64,000 nucleotides of DNA, from the NCBI GenBank assembly GCA_030141605.1, contig JAQGDQ010002386.1:1-64000 (forward strand). Reading direction: 5' to 3'. This stretch comes from Tubiluchus corallicola. Lineage: Eukaryota > Animalia > Priapulida. This document shows, piece after piece, positions 20,351 through 34,561 of this stretch (within the stretch, counting starts at the first letter, position 1; each line of letters begins with the position of its first letter). Below the pieces are notes generated by a model that did no database searches, was not told where the DNA came from, and was given only the letters and a program-made list of their open reading frames with translations. The translations under genes and the position numbers were made by a program.

Positions 20351-23300
20351 ATGGCGGCGTCCAGTCCTCAAAAACCTTGGGAAACTGCGTATCAAGGCAT
20401 TTCAGGGCTTACACCGAGTACATTAACGTCTACGTTAGTATATTTTTATGTGCAACATTTACTAAAATTTGGTGCGTTGTGTCATTGGTTACAGAAGGCG
20501 TAGCCGACTCGATAAGTCATTTATTTCACATTACATAGACATTTTATTTTTCTCCAATTTGCGTCACAAATTTTCGTTTTACAAAAAATAACTTTTGTCT
20601 GTGGAGATGGGGCGAGGAAAGACCGTAGGTCATCTACTCACTCACCCCTTATAATTTAATGTCGATGACAGAAAAAGCATTGATGACACAGGATGCAAAT
20701 AAACTAACAAAATAAAGCAATAACAAAAGCAGAATTATAAAAGCAAACATAACAACAATAGCATAAGCGAAAAAAAAGAATAAACAAACAGTGGTAAAAA
20801 TAAAATGATGATGAAATTAATCACAATGCCGTAATTTATGTAGATTTCTCATATTAAACGAATTTACACGAAATATTAGATACACATTTACAATAGTTTC
20901 ATGTAGTAGTAGTAGTAGTAGTTAATCTCCAGTAGTTATAATATAACTTTTGAGACAAATAGTTCTTCGACTGTAATTGCGACAAATTGCACATTTAATA
21001 GATTGTCATCAACACCTAGGTGACTCCACTGGCAAGTTTTCTCACTATAATATGTAATCCAGCATCCTTGTTATAGGCATGTTCCAATTAGCACGGTGAT
21101 TAAATTTCAATGGATGATGTTCATAGTGTCTATCTAATTTTGATTTAAATAAATTTACAGATGTTGCTGTTCTCACATCACAGGGCAATCTATTCCAGAT
21201 TTCTGGCATCGTACAAGAAAAATAGTCGTATTTACCAGTTTTGTGTGCAGTTCTTGATTTATGAAGAATAGGACCTGATCTTGCTGTACGATGTACTTCT
21301 AATTTAACAGGACAATCATCACAGCTGTAAACTCCAGATACATATTTGTATACATCAATTAGTTGGCCACGTAAACGTCTAAAAGCTAATGTAGTTAAAC
21401 CTATTCGTTTTAACTGACTTTCATACGTCAAGTTCATTAGTTCCGGTAACATGTTGAAAGCTCTCATTTGGACAGTTTCGACTGGGTCCACTATATATGC
21501 CCTAGGACTATTCCAAATACTACTTCCATACTCCACTTTTGATCGCACAAGTGCCACATATAGAAGCTTGAAAGTTTGCAGATCTAGGTACTTGAAATTC
21601 CTCCTTATTAAAGCATTGTTTCGTTTGGCACTCTTTATGATTTCTGCTATGTGATCTTTAAAATTTAGTTTATTATCAAGTAATAATCCAAGGTCTTTCT
21701 CACAAGCACTAAAGTCCAATTCTGCCGGAATGCCACTTGCATCATACATTTTGTATTTATATTCATATCCTGCTCCCACAGATACAACCTTACACTTGTT
21801 GGGATGGAACTGCATACCATTTTCAACTGCCCAATCACAGAGCCCTTCTAGATCCAATTGAAGATCATTACAGCTGGTAAAAGAATCAGATTCAGACCAG
21901 ATTTTGCTGTCGTCGGCAAAAAGACGAAGAGAATTACTCACACAACTAGGCAAGTCATTTATAAATACCACAAATAAACACGGACCTAATACCGAACCTT
22001 GCGCTACACCACTAGTAATCAAGGACTCAGTCGATTTGCAACCATCAACACACGTACATTGACTTCTATTTTCTAAGAAGTTTACTATCCACTGTAAAAC
22101 TGAACCAGTTATACCACAATTTTTAAGTTTTGCAAACAGAAAGTGATGAGGTACAACATCAAACGCCTTTTTCAGGTCCAGTAGTATTATATCAAAAGGC
22201 TTATTAGCATCTTTTAACTCAAACCATGCATCGTAACATTGTAACAGTTGGGTAACCGTTGTTCTACCCTTAACAAACCCATGTTGTTCTTCACAAATAA
22301 TGTTGTATCTTATCAGATGGTTCATTATATGTTTCCGCATGATTTTTTCTGTCACCTTATTAATTGTATTTAGTAAGCTAACTGGCCTGTAGTTCGATGG
22401 ATCTGACTTGTCCCCTTTTTTATGAATGGGAGTAACCTGTGCCACCTTCCATTGTCCAGGTAACTGACAATCAGCAAAAGACCTATCCAGTAAGGTGTAT
22501 ATAGGCTTAAAAAGCACAGTTCTACATTCATTTAAAATACGTGGATGGTAACTATCTGGAGCGGATTTGTTTACATTGAGATTTTGTAACTCATAAAGCA
22601 CCTCTTCTTCAGTTATGGAAACATTGCTGATATCAGGATATTGTTGCACTGTAGTTACTTCATAGTCAGAAGCGTTGGGACTAAATACACTAATGAAAAA
22701 ATCGTTCAAAATTTGTGCCTTCTCCTCTGAATCAGAGACAAGAATACCTTGGGAATTCTTCAGTGAATGAATTCTAGACTTTGGCTTCCGAAGCGCATTG
22801 ATATACTGCCAGAATGCCTTGGGATTACTCTTGCAATTACTTGCTAAAATACGTTCATATCTTTTTCTCGCAGTAGTTATAAGGTTTTTCACCACATTAC
22901 GCCTTGCAGCATACCGTTCATAAGAAAGTTTTGTTCTTCGTCTCTTCCAGTCAAAAAACAACTTTTCTTTCTCCTTAATACAGCCAAGCAACTGCTTAGT
23001 TAACCAAGGAGGCCGAGGTCGACTACTCTTATTATAAAAACTTGGATAGAAACTAGGCACATATTCATCAACAACTGACATGTACACATTATGAAATTTT
23101 GTCCACATATCATCAAGAGTAAGATTACTATTTAAAACATTAATCCAATCAACTTGGCTAAATGCATTACACATACTTTCATGTACAATATATAGGCTTT
23201 TATAGTGAAAGGGCCTACAATGAACATAATACAAATAAGCTTCTTATTGTTTCTGCAAAAGAAAAGCCTCACACACTGTTCACCTATGTACAAATGTGTT

Positions 23301-26300
23301 GTGGGCAATCAAAAAGCATGGCTTGTTAGATTGTCCCACACAGTGAAAGAAAAAAAGTAATAGAAATAATCAGGAAATTTAAAGTGAATCGTATGATAAA
23401 AAAACATTTAGTGCTTAAAATGGAATGATGTAATGAACGAAGCTCATATATAAGATGATATAAAAGATAGAAAGACTATTATTTATTAATAGTATGTAAA
23501 ATTAAGATAAGTTGAGTAAGATAACACCACTGTTTTGCCATTACTGTGAGGATGGATACTGATAGAAGTTTTGATTACTCACTGATACTTACTTAAGTTT
23601 TTTATCATTGCATTTTAAGTTTCAGTTTGTAAACTATAGCAGCTATGGATGTTGACACAGGGTATAAGAGTATATGGATTCGTTTTTAAATCTTCAGGAA
23701 TTCCAGAATCCCTCATCCACATGGAAATAATGTCCGGAATTACAGCTCCACTACAACTGTTAGTGGATCAGGTGGGGGTGACCAGCAGCCTCCACCACTT
23801 CCAACTCGACCAGCTCAGCAAGTGAATAGGTATTCCGGTTTTACTCCATATGGTACTGGTTTGGGAGGCATGTACTCACCATACAGTACAGGGTATGACA
23901 CATTCATTTTTGTTTATATTGGCAGTAAACGGCAAAGTATTATAATCAATTTTCATTGTGAAATTATTTTAACAATTATTAATTTTGTTTGTGGTTTTAT
24001 ACAGTTCGACTCACTGCAAGCCGCTATCCGTACTTACAACATTTACTTAATGTAGGTGGTTGTAGCAGTAACATAATAACGTAACAGAACTCAACTCATT
24101 ACAAAATAGTTACTCTTTCTCTTTATTTTGCACTATGGTTTTCAAACTGTGACAATAGTTTTTACATTCTCTGTTTGTGTCTATTTTTCAGACTTTATGG
24201 TGGTTATGGTGGATATTCAGGAATGTACAGCAATGGACTTTATGGTGGACCATATAATTCAGTTGGAGCTACTGACCAGAGTACCTTTGCCAGAGCAGCA
24301 GAGGAAAATTCGAGGTATCTATTTTCGCCATGTATTGAATTTATTTTTTCTTCATTCTCATTCGTACGAGTTGTTACTATGGTAATTTGATAATGCCATG
24401 TTTTTACAACCTACCATAGAGCTTTAAAGCAATGCATGATGCGTATTAACTGTTTCCAACTAGATGCAGAGCAACATAATTATTGGCTTCTTCCAACATT
24501 CCAAAAAAAATGGAAGAAGTAGTAACCAAAACTCACCTAACCAGGAAGCCAATTAACGACACTGGTCAACAGAAACATGAAAACTCGCTTAATCGTCTAA
24601 GCAATGACTGTTTCCCATCTGCATGATATAGTGTTCACATTCATCTGAATACTTGTCATGCATCACACGTTATAGATTGTGCATTAAATACATGTGGAAA
24701 CACTTCCAATACACACAATGTGTATGCAAATACAAACTGTAGTATACGCTCTATGCATCATGGACCATGCATCACACATTTACTTGTACATGGAGTGCGA
24801 CCTTTATGCATATTGAAGAAGCAATCATGCAGAACAATAAAACCTTGGTTTTGTTAGGAAACTATTCTGCTTAACCTTGCTTGGCTCACTATAACTTTGT
24901 TAGGCGAGTATGTTTTTATGTAAGTGGTAAAAATGAAATGATGAAGAAATAAAGTGAAATGCATTTGCCAAGACACAAAATTCTACGGATGCCTTCCAAT
25001 GGGAAAGCCTGTAGCATGAGAGTTAATGCCGCACCAGTTAATAGGCCTTTGTTTGTATCGGCGTTACATAATTGATAAGAGCTTGTCTATTTCCAAGCTG
25101 TTTTATAGCGCTGTTTTGGTCACTTATTTCAAACTGCATAGAGATAAACTGTATTTTGTTTATTATGCAATCTGCCAAATAAGCTATGTAGAAAAGAGAG
25201 AAAAGAACAGCAGAATAAAGGATTATCGCACAAAACAAAAAAATATCAAAACAATGATCTGAAGAACAAACTGCTTTTGCATCATTTGGATTTATATTTA
25301 GCTAAGGCGAAGCAAACCAAAGTGTTGAATTTTGATTTTTGAACTAGTTGTGGTATTGAATAAATTTCTAAGTAATGCATTCTGTTGTTATAGGCAAGCA
25401 TTTCAGTCTATAGAGTCAATTGTTCGAGCAGTTGGGTCTGTCAGTATGATGCTAGAATCGACTTTCAATGCCGTGTATAGTTCATTCCGAGCTGTTTTGG
25501 GTGTGGCTGACCACTTTTCCAGGTAGGTTATAATGGACAGCCATCAGTTGCCGATGTATGTTAGTTTTATTTGAAAATTTTTGCAGCATGCAATTTTGCA
25601 AAGGCCTACCTGAGTGTACCAAGTTTTACCCCGTCAGTGTTGTATGTCTAGTCCGCACAACTTGGTCAGGGTTTTTACTATGATGTCATTGCTTACAAAC
25701 TTCTTGCCATAGTAATTGCTAAGGTGTTGTTGTTACTATGTAGTCGTTGCCAAGAAGCAGTGTCTAACCCAAAATTCTTTAAAGTTTTTGCACTATAGTA
25801 ATCAAATTGTCTAAAGTTTTTACGTCAGTAACCAAATTTTCTAAAGTTTTGGCTCTAGTAACCAAATTTTTTAAGATTTTGCTCTAATAACCAAATTTTC
25901 TATACTTAAAGCTTTTGCGCTAGTAACCAAATTTTCTAAAGTGCACTAGTAACTATAATGTGATATTTTAGAGAATGCAATTAAGAATTAATAGAAAATC
26001 TTTAAATTTTATTTTCAAAAATTTTTGTGATTGGCCAATTGGTCAGATGCAACAGTGTGATTGGCTATCTCTGTAACTAAATAATGCTGTTTTAAATGCT
26101 ATTTTCAGTGCAATAAATGCTTCTTGTTGATGTTCACGTGCACTGTTTTGAGGTATTATATAAACACATGATGTGATTTTGTTTCTTTAGGACACATAAA
26201 TGTAAGAAAAGGGACATTTGACTGAATTTCAATTTCAAGATTCAGCTTTAGATGACAGTCATAAATTGCTTGTACAATATAGTTTGCAAACTGATTTGTT

Positions 26301-29300
26301 TGTTTACAAATATCCATTGGATATTTTTTGTTAGGCTCTGAATCTCATTTACTGTTGTAGAATGTGCAAACTCTTGTGTTTAGATTTGTGCTTGTTTGTT
26401 AATGTAAGGTACACATGTGAAGATGTGTATCTGTTTGCATTTAGATTATGTCTGACAATAATATAAAAATATTGTACACATATTTAATGATAAACAATGA
26501 TGAACAAAATAAGGCTTTAGGAAAGGTTCTCCAGTTGAATTACCATTAATAAATGTTTGCGAAATTTTAATTAAGTGTATGGAAAATAACTCGATTACTG
26601 TTGGTATATTTTGTGATCTCTCTAAAGCCTTCGATACCATTGACCATGTTATATTACACGATAAGTTATCTTTCTATCTTGATAACCATAAGCAGTGCAT
26701 CAGATGTAATAATTATACCTCAACTGAACTCTCCGTAAATTGTGGTGTTCCTCAGGGTTCTGTTTTAGGACCACTTTTATTTTTGATTTATATCAACGAT
26801 ATAAAAAACATTTTTAGTTGTCATAATATTATTCAGTTTACTGATGACACCACACTCTTTTTCAATTTCATTCATTTCAGCATTACTAACATAAATAATA
26901 GTTTAAAAGCCAACAAATTATCTCTTAATCCCACTAAAACTAAGTACATTCTATTTCGATTCCTTTACATTGTAGTCTTTATATTGATGGCCTTCCTATA
27001 GAAGGTGTTCAATTTACCAGATTTTTAGGTGTAGTTTTGCATCTGGACTGCTGGACTGGAACTCTCATATAAAAATGATTAGTCTAAAAATAGCCAAAAA
27101 TATAGGTATTATGTCCCATATTAAATACAATTTGTCCAAATCACATATACTTACTGTTTATTATTCTTTATTCTATCCTTATTTAAATTATGTTAGTTCC
27201 CTTTGGGGAATCACATACGCGACAAATCTTAACCCTTTACATTGACTTCAAAGAAAATTTCTTCGTTTGTATTTCAGATGAAATGAATTCACCCCAGTAT
27301 TTAACTCTTTAAACAATGTAACATCTTGTCTATTGATAACATAGTGTTTAATAATATTGCAATTTTCATGTTAAAACTAATAGCAAATTATTACACAAGT
27401 TCTTCAAAAATCCTATCAAACTGAATGCAAGATTTCATACTCCACGATTTAATCAATACTTTCTTCCATATGTCCGAAAGTTGCCAAGTATTCATTTCCT
27501 TTGCTGGGCCATTAATTTGGAACTATCTACCTAATCATATAAAATCAGAACATAGTATTTGTAAATATAAAAAAGCCTCAAACTCTTTATTATGAACCAT
27601 AATCCAAACATTTATCATCTGTAATGTTTCATATCACACTCAAAGATGAACAAGAATGGATTATACTCCATAACAAGAAGAGGTGAAAGAAACTTTGTAG
27701 GCAGGTGGACATAATCTCACTCCTCTCACCATTTGCAGTTGTGTTTGCCTTGCTGATTTATTTACATTTATTACGTTTTTATTAGCTCATGTGAATCGAA
27801 TTCTCTACTTTTTTATTTTTTTCTTCTCTCACTTTCATATTACATTTTTCATATCCCTTCACTTTTCATACTCCTTTTCTTCCCATTAACCACCTTTTAT
27901 TCTTGCATCTATGCTTTTCTTTCTATTTGCCATATTGGGGCTGACTTCTACAAGTTTTCTTTTTGGACAGCCCCAATAATCCATTAATCAACTTTATTAT
28001 TTACATGCTTGTTTCTTTTAATTTGGTATTTTGTATTTTCACCATATTTATGTGTTATTTGGTCATGGCAAATGGAATAAAATAAACTAAACTATTTATG
28101 CATTTTTGTTTAATGGCCATTATAAAAAGTGCAGTGTAGAGGAGTTGAATATGATGGAAGGGAAATTGAAGGAATTAAATTTAAGCTTTATTATAAAGTT
28201 GTTATGCAGTTTTATTGTTGTATTCTCTAGGTTAAAATTACATTTTACCCAGATTCTTTCCGCTGTGGCACTCATACGAACATTAAAATGGCTGTGGAGG
28301 CGTCTGCTGGTCTTGCTAAGGTTCCGACCACCAGGTCTTCCAGAAGATGCATGGGCTGATGCAGTTGGGAGTCTGAGTGCTGCTGATGCTTTACCATTTG
28401 ACTCATATGATAGGTAATTACTAAATCAGATATTTAGAGACAGATATTACTAGAGATATTACTAGAGACAGAAACAGCCAAGCATTTTAGCTTAAAAATA
28501 GGATAGTGCTCTTCTCAGATTAGCCATGGTCATAATCGTAAAAGAAGTTAAAATGCCCATAAATCTCAAAAAATTCTTTATTTTTTCTTTGGAAGCTTTC
28601 GTCCTCTCGGACTTCATCAGCTGCACAGAAAGATACAATAATAAAAAATTACAAATTTTACTTTTTCTTTTTCTTTATTTTTAATTCAGCCTCCTCATGC
28701 TTTTTGTACACTTTATTTTACTGACATTGCACATCATTATTTTATATGTAGCTTCATCTGTAATTTTTTATTATTATATCTTTCTGTGCAGCTGATGAAG
28801 TCCAAGAGGACGAAAACTTCTGAAGAAAAAATAAAGATTTTTTTGAGATTTCTAGCCAAGCATTTTATTAAGTTCATTATTTTGTTTCAAACTGTCAAAA
28901 ATTTCCTTTTTTTCAAATTGCTTTAGACTACAATTAATTAAAATATAACGGTGTTCCTGTGTTTTTCTCTATTATCTAATGTGATTAATCTGTTTGGCCC
29001 AAAACGCTGTAAATGTATTTATGTCAGAATGGCAAGATTATCACTAGAACGCTGATGCTAACACACCACAAATATTTTAAGAATCAGCACATTTTATTTG
29101 ATCTAAGGCTGTGGGTCCCTGGCGAGCTTCCTTAACGTGAAAATTTAACATTATCAGAACAGATAGACAAACAATCAATTAGGTGTAAACTCAATATTAT
29201 TTAACGTAAGAAAAACACATTTGAGAAATAAGTAACAAAGATATATTAAGAATTATTGTTTAGCTACTGTCTTTAATTTTAACCGGGATTTTTAAATGTA

Positions 29301-32300
29301 CCACAAAACAGCATAAACTGTACTTATCGTGAGTCTCTGTGCACACGTTGGCTAGCTAGCTTAACCTCGTCACTGTCGCTGTCGAGGCAGTAGATGGCAC
29401 TACTATGCTTGCCTGAGAGATAATAATTACATAGATAAACAAAATAAGTATTTCGCTTAATAATGCAAAATTAAACTCATTGGCACTACTCCGCTTAATT
29501 TAGCAAACCTAATTGTAGAAATTTAATTAGTACGATAAAATGAGAGCACTATTGTATAGGGCTGTCACATCTAACAATTTATGAAAAAAATGGAGTGTTT
29601 GCTTGGTCATTTCTGACATGCCTTGTATTTTATATTATCAAATTGGCATTTCTTTAATACAGCAAGAAGTCGAGCTGGCCAATCATCATGTTTTTTGCTG
29701 TTGCGTTTGGTGGACCTTGGCTAATATGGAAATTGCTCAAATCAGTGTGTGATACAGATAACAAAGGTAAGCAACTTTGTTCAGAAACATACTTTTCTGA
29801 AGCTGAATAATGGCAAGCTGGTTAGTTACAGTTGTATGGCGTGTTTTATATCAATTACATTTTGGTACAAATTCAGTGAACTTTAGTTCCATCAATTAGG
29901 AAGTTGCACATATTAATAAAATTGCTGTATGAATGACAGTCAAACACCTGAAAGCAATGATTATTTAGGATTTGTAATAAGTACCATAGTTCAACTTCTT
30001 TGTGATATAATGTGGCAAAACAATTAATTTGGCGACATCTCAAAGAGGAGTGAGTATACCATAATTAAGCAATAGTAGTAGATGTTGTAAATGTTCTAAG
30101 AAGCATGCAACTCTTGTTTCATATTTTGTTACGCACATTTTCTGCAGATTTAAAATTGAAACAACTTTTTTAATTTAAACATAATTTTATTGGTTAAGTT
30201 TTTTTTAAAGATAAAGGCTGGGAATCTGGTAAAGGTGATCATTTTGTTGCACGTGCAGAGTACAATTTCTTGTCTGCTCAAGAAGACGAAGTTGCATTTA
30301 GAGCTGGACAGTATTTGAATGTTGCACCAAAAGGTTTGTGCAAGTTTTCATTTTTGTGTGACAGTTCTGTGAATTTTATTTAGCTAGCTAAAGATGTGGT
30401 GTTTTACCAATTGCCTAATTTTTGTGAAAATGTGAGAACTATAATTTGTCTTCACCCTTTGTTTCATTTATATAGCAGTTAGATGGTCAAGTTGCATTTT
30501 AGATTTAATGAGTAAAGATTATTTAAACAAATCTCCTATTGATCTCTCCTTGATCTCCTATTTTGATCATATGAATGAAATTTACATTATCTGTAGTAAA
30601 CTGATTTCCAGATACATTGTATCAGAAAATGTTGTAAAAACAAACCTTGTTATACCGCCCATCATTATAATGCCAACTTTTGGCTTTTCCAGATTTCCAT
30701 AATATATCATATAGGGAATACCGCCAACGTCGCTTTTGCCATCTGTCACCGTATCTGCTGTGCAGGAGTGTATTCTACATAATAAATCTACCCCGTTATA
30801 ATGTCAGCCAAAATAAAGCATAGTGAATTGCTGCCGGAAAACAGCCGTTGCTTTGTGAAAACAGTGATCTCTGATAAAAAAACTGTTTCGGTGTTTAGAT
30901 TAAAATTTAGCTAGGTTTCATAACAAGTTACTGTACAAAAGTGAATGTTGAGGTTTTGAACAAGGAACATGCATTTTAAGAATGCAAGAGTTCTAAAGTT
31001 CAGTGCTGAACTGATGTAAATTTAACACCCGTTAAAGCTGCTCAATTTATGTGTCACAGTTACTTTAGAGCCTTAATTGTCAAGTAATGTTATGTTGGAC
31101 GCATGGACAGCTTGGTTGCATATTTCTCTTATCAGCAGTTGGCCAATTACCAGTCTATTTCACAAGATTGCTTCTGCATGTTGTGTTACGTAAGTTTTGC
31201 AAGGTGCCACTGTAGAATTACACCTGTTTTGTTAATGTTTCAAAAACATGCAGTATAACACATGTATTGTTGTAGGTATAATAATACTATTTATCACATA
31301 CAAAGTTAACAAGGAAATAAAATCGAGGCTGCACAGTAGAATGTCTTTAATGTTTAATGAACATTGTCTTATTGTCAACCCTGCTATAACACCACATTTA
31401 GTAGTGCCCCAGACCTGGCATTATAATAATGTTTAATTGTATTTCAAATATCCATTTTTCCTGATGTTTATCCCAGACTTTTCTTTGCTCATAGAATTGC
31501 AGCCCAGGGTACGAGGATGGCTTCTTGCCAGTGCAGATGGCCAAAAGACTGGTCTTATTCCAGCAAACTACGTTAAAGTTTTGGGAAAACGGAAAGGTCG
31601 AGCAAATACATCTTCTCCAACGCAGGTAATGATGGCCACAAGTGGCTCTATTAGTAGTTATAATTATCTTTTTTCAATAGTTTATAATTCCAGCTAGGGT
31701 AAGATTCTGAACTGGGGATTGTACATGATAAAACTATTTGAATTAACTAACTCTAAAATGTATTTTCAACAAACCGTTATTATTAAATAGATACTTTCTC
31801 TGTTGCTTTAGTGTGAAAATAATATGCAAAGATTGTGAGAAAGTAGATTACAACTAACTACTAAACAGTGGCAAATGTTGCACACGTTAAGTGTTTTGTC
31901 ATTGCTGTTAATATTATTATTATTAGGACTTCGTTCTTCTGTTTGTTTTTTTCCTTTATACACTGTTGTGCAATAAAGAGTATGTTCGTTTGCGTAAGCC
32001 CAACAACAACTTTTTTTCGAAAACGAATCATTTGATTTACAGGGGTGGTCATATAACCTTTGTGACATTGAACAGTCTTTTTGCTGACACTTGCCTTGCC
32101 AACATTCAGTAAATACATATATTTTCTTGAGATGTGCAGGTATATTCTTACGAAAAGTTCCTGCATTTTCCACAAGCTAGATAACAGCAAACTTAGCATC
32201 TGTATTTAAGCCTTAGCAACTGCAAAAAAGAAGTCCCAAGTTCCAGAGCTACTACTACATTTGCAAATGTGCATCATTTATTTTCTACTAATGGAGAAAT

Positions 32301-32923
32301 AAAATTACTGTTTACTGTAAACATTGAGTGAGAAACGGACAGTGACCTCCCCATTTAATATCTGTTGACATGTCGATGCGGTGGCACTATTTATCGCTCT
32401 CCCAAATTTTGTTTTTGGGAGAAGTGGTGATAAAAATGCAAAGAAGTAGTGAAGGCATGAACATAGCCATAACTGAAAATAAAACAATATATTACATTCA
32501 CTGATGTACAATCAGTATAGTGATATTTGTGCTTTAATGCTTGTGTTATGTCGTCAGGTAGGCAAGGCGCATATGAGGAATCCATGACTAATGGTAATGC
32601 TGGGTTGGATCAAGTGCAGGTACAGGAGATACAAATAGGCCGACGATGTGTATACCATGCTCATGTTAAAAATTATGATTCTCCTTTAGGCACTACTCAA
32701 TGGTATTTTCTTGCAGGCTCAGCCATCAGCTTTGCAGCTGCAGCAGCCGGTTGCAAGTATCCAAAGCCCCAGTCAAGTGAACCTAGATGAATATTTTGAG
32801 AACCCATCACCAGAAAGCGACAGACCAGGAACCATGCAAGCAAGCAACACGATCGCAGAGCTTACAGATACCCAAAGTAAAAACACTGAACTGAATGTGC
32901 TGGCAGCCGACATGCTTAAATGA
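20351..32923 (+). CDS. PEX13: Peroxisomal membrane protein PEX13 (9 coding exons, ~425 aa)
   Basis: Exons 20351-20433, 23698-23892, 24192-24314, 25394-25522, 28231-28413, 29663-29766, 30211-30333, 31495-31625, 32717-32923; all GT-AG and phase-compatible (1278 nt). Motifs: N-terminal PQKPWE, PPPLPTRP, YG-rich region, AFQSIESIV...FRAVLGVADHFSRL, TM SWPIIMFFAVAFGGPWLIWKLL, SH3 (ARAEYNF...GWLLAS...GLIPANYVKVLGKR). Confidence 0.95.
20533..20800 (-). mobile_element. Retroelement 3' end fragment (same family as 8839-9240)
   Basis: acatagacattttatttttctccaatt...tggag...ggtcatcta aligns with 8890-9000. Confidence 0.5.
20906..23176 (-). mobile_element. Young 5'-truncated CR1-clade LINE in PEX13 intron 1
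   Basis: Uninterrupted RT frame (NYRPVSL, QHGF, LDLKKAFD, GVAQGSVLGP, LFADDSK, EKDLG, RRLRG, WNRLP) ending at stop 21045. (CTA)n tail at 20906-20922. Perfect TSD TTTCATGTA at 20897-20905 and 23177-23185. Confidence 0.92.
21045..23176 (-). CDS. CR1 ORF2 C-terminal part (reverse transcriptase domain), 5'-truncated
   Basis: 729-aa ORF 21045..23234. The first ~19 codons come from the TSD and host intron beyond the truncation point. No endonuclease domain. Confidence 0.85.
25765..25955 (+). repeat. ~30-bp degenerate minisatellite x6
   Basis: tagtaaccaaattttctaaagtttt... repeated. Confidence 0.7.
26446..28090 (+). mobile_element. Decayed Daphne/Crack-like LINE in PEX13 intron 4
   Basis: GIFCDLSKAFDTIDH, GVPQGSVLGPLLFLIYIND, FTDDT, NKLSLNPTKTKYILF, with frameshifts and deletions. 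The 3' UTR has a ggggctg...cagcccc stem and ends in AATAAA. Confidence 0.85.
28490..28853. mobile_element. Penelope-like retroelement remnant: inverted pair of ~90-bp arms, each with a hammerhead-like core; 14-bp TSD
   Basis: 28561-28651 is the reverse complement of 28759-28851. Cores CTGATGA-A-GTCC-RAGA-GGAC-GAAA at 28792-28815(+) and 28620-28597(-). TSD AGCCAAGCATTTTA at 28476-28489 and 28854-28867. Confidence 0.65.
29110..29569 (-). mobile_element. Possible solo LTR
   Basis: TGT...ACA ends and an internal agatggcact motif, but no clean TSD. Confidence 0.25.
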
Positions 32924-34042
32924 AGTGAAATACTTATAAACACAAAGTAATGATTACTAAATTAATGATGGTTACACACAAGAAATGAACAGTACAAAAA
33001 ATACGCAGAATTAATTGTAGTTTACTATTGATCATTGTAGTATCTTCGAAGTGATTTCCTGCAACTTTCCATAATCATGCAAAAATAGAAAATGTTACAG
33101 AGCATTTTTAACAATTTTGGAAAACAAAAATTTGGGTTTGGATGTCTTTCCTCTCTAGTTTAAAGTTTTAGTAATCTGTGCGAGCTATTGGGTAATGCAT
33201 GTGTCATTTTATGTAGAATGAATTTGTACAAAATGTAAATAATGATTGCAAAAATCTATTCACTGTGGCTCATTTGTTATAAATTTTATTAAAACACAAT
33301 GTTTCTTAAGTTAATAATAATAATGATTGTTTTTCGATGCTTTCAAAACTGGCTAAGAACTTGTAGCAATGGCTGGGTTATATAACATGTCCAAAGCATT
33401 GCAAAAACATACCAAAAGCACGATTTTGTATTTGTGCTTTGTTACTCATCAATACCTTAAATTTGTTTATCTTGATTTGTTTACTAACACGTTTACAGTG
33501 AAAATACAAAATAACAGTAAGTAGATATCAGCAGTTATGTATTTATCAAAGGCGGAAAAATCACTAGATTTACACACAATCTTATGAAAGGATACTAATT
33601 GTCATCTCATAAACAAAAACAAAATTCATTTTACTTTAATATTATTCAATGTTGTATTTAACTTTAATCACACTTAGGTAAGAGTGCTGCTGTGCACACA
33701 ATAAACATTATGAAACTATTACATATATTGTAATTGTATCACACATAATTTAACATCACATACATGCTATAACATTAATTAATTTGCATTTGCAACAATG
33801 AAAATGTTTTGCAGCAACGAAACAAATGACACCATTTATACTTAAAATGACAATTTATGACTAACATTCTTGGGCAATTACTGCGTACCTTCAAGAAAGT
33901 GTATTAGATGACTATGTACAGAAAAAATCAATTTTGTTATCTATACTACAAGTAGTTAAGTAGTACCTTTACACAGTACCCTAGATTGTTTGCTAGCATC
34001 CACCTGAGCCTGATCATAAAGCATAGCTAATCGAAATTAAAC

Positions 34043-34561
34043 GAGGGTTGGCCTTACGGGTGCGGAACCGTCCAGTTGCATAGCACTCACAGCTTTTGGG
34101 GGTTTGAAAAGAAGACTGATCTTTGCAAATATTTTTTTGCTTATGCACCTGCAATTTGTTTATATAACTGTTCGTGTTTATTTTATGTTTCATGTTTTAG
34201 TACATTCCTATTACAGAGGCTGAAAATTGTAAATTATTGATTAAATTGCTCTTTTTTGCTATTTTTACAAACTTCATTTGTGTATTTACTTTTGCTGAAT
34301 ATTAAGATTAAATTTAAATGTTCTATTACTAATTAAAAATCCTAAGGCCTCTTTTGATATAATTTATAGTAAGAGGTATAAATAATCTATTAGAATAAGC
34401 TATTACAGGTGCTTTTGTACAGTAAAATTTTTATGCGTTTGTTAACGATTTACTAAAGTGGAATGACAACCACTGAAAACAATATAACTTTTGCCATAGG
34501 GTAGTCATGGCCCGCACAAGCTGTTTTGTACGGGGCCCGAAATATCTTAAGGCCGGCACTG
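34043..34561. mobile_element. Decayed hAT-like MITE between the PEX13 and NMT1 3' ends
   Basis: Right end taaggccggcactg with gggccc subterminal motifs; left end gagggttggcctta is a degenerate inverted match. Confidence 0.45.

Noticed and set aside
21045-23234. Domesticated RT gene, retron or other prokaryotic RT system
   Set aside because: CR1-type motifs, microsatellite tail, TSD and 5' truncation indicate an ordinary LINE insertion; the ORF start is fortuitous.
30630-31441. Possible Tigger/pogo-like MITE (gttataccgcc, gttataatg motifs)
   Set aside because: Too decayed to define termini or a TSD by eye.
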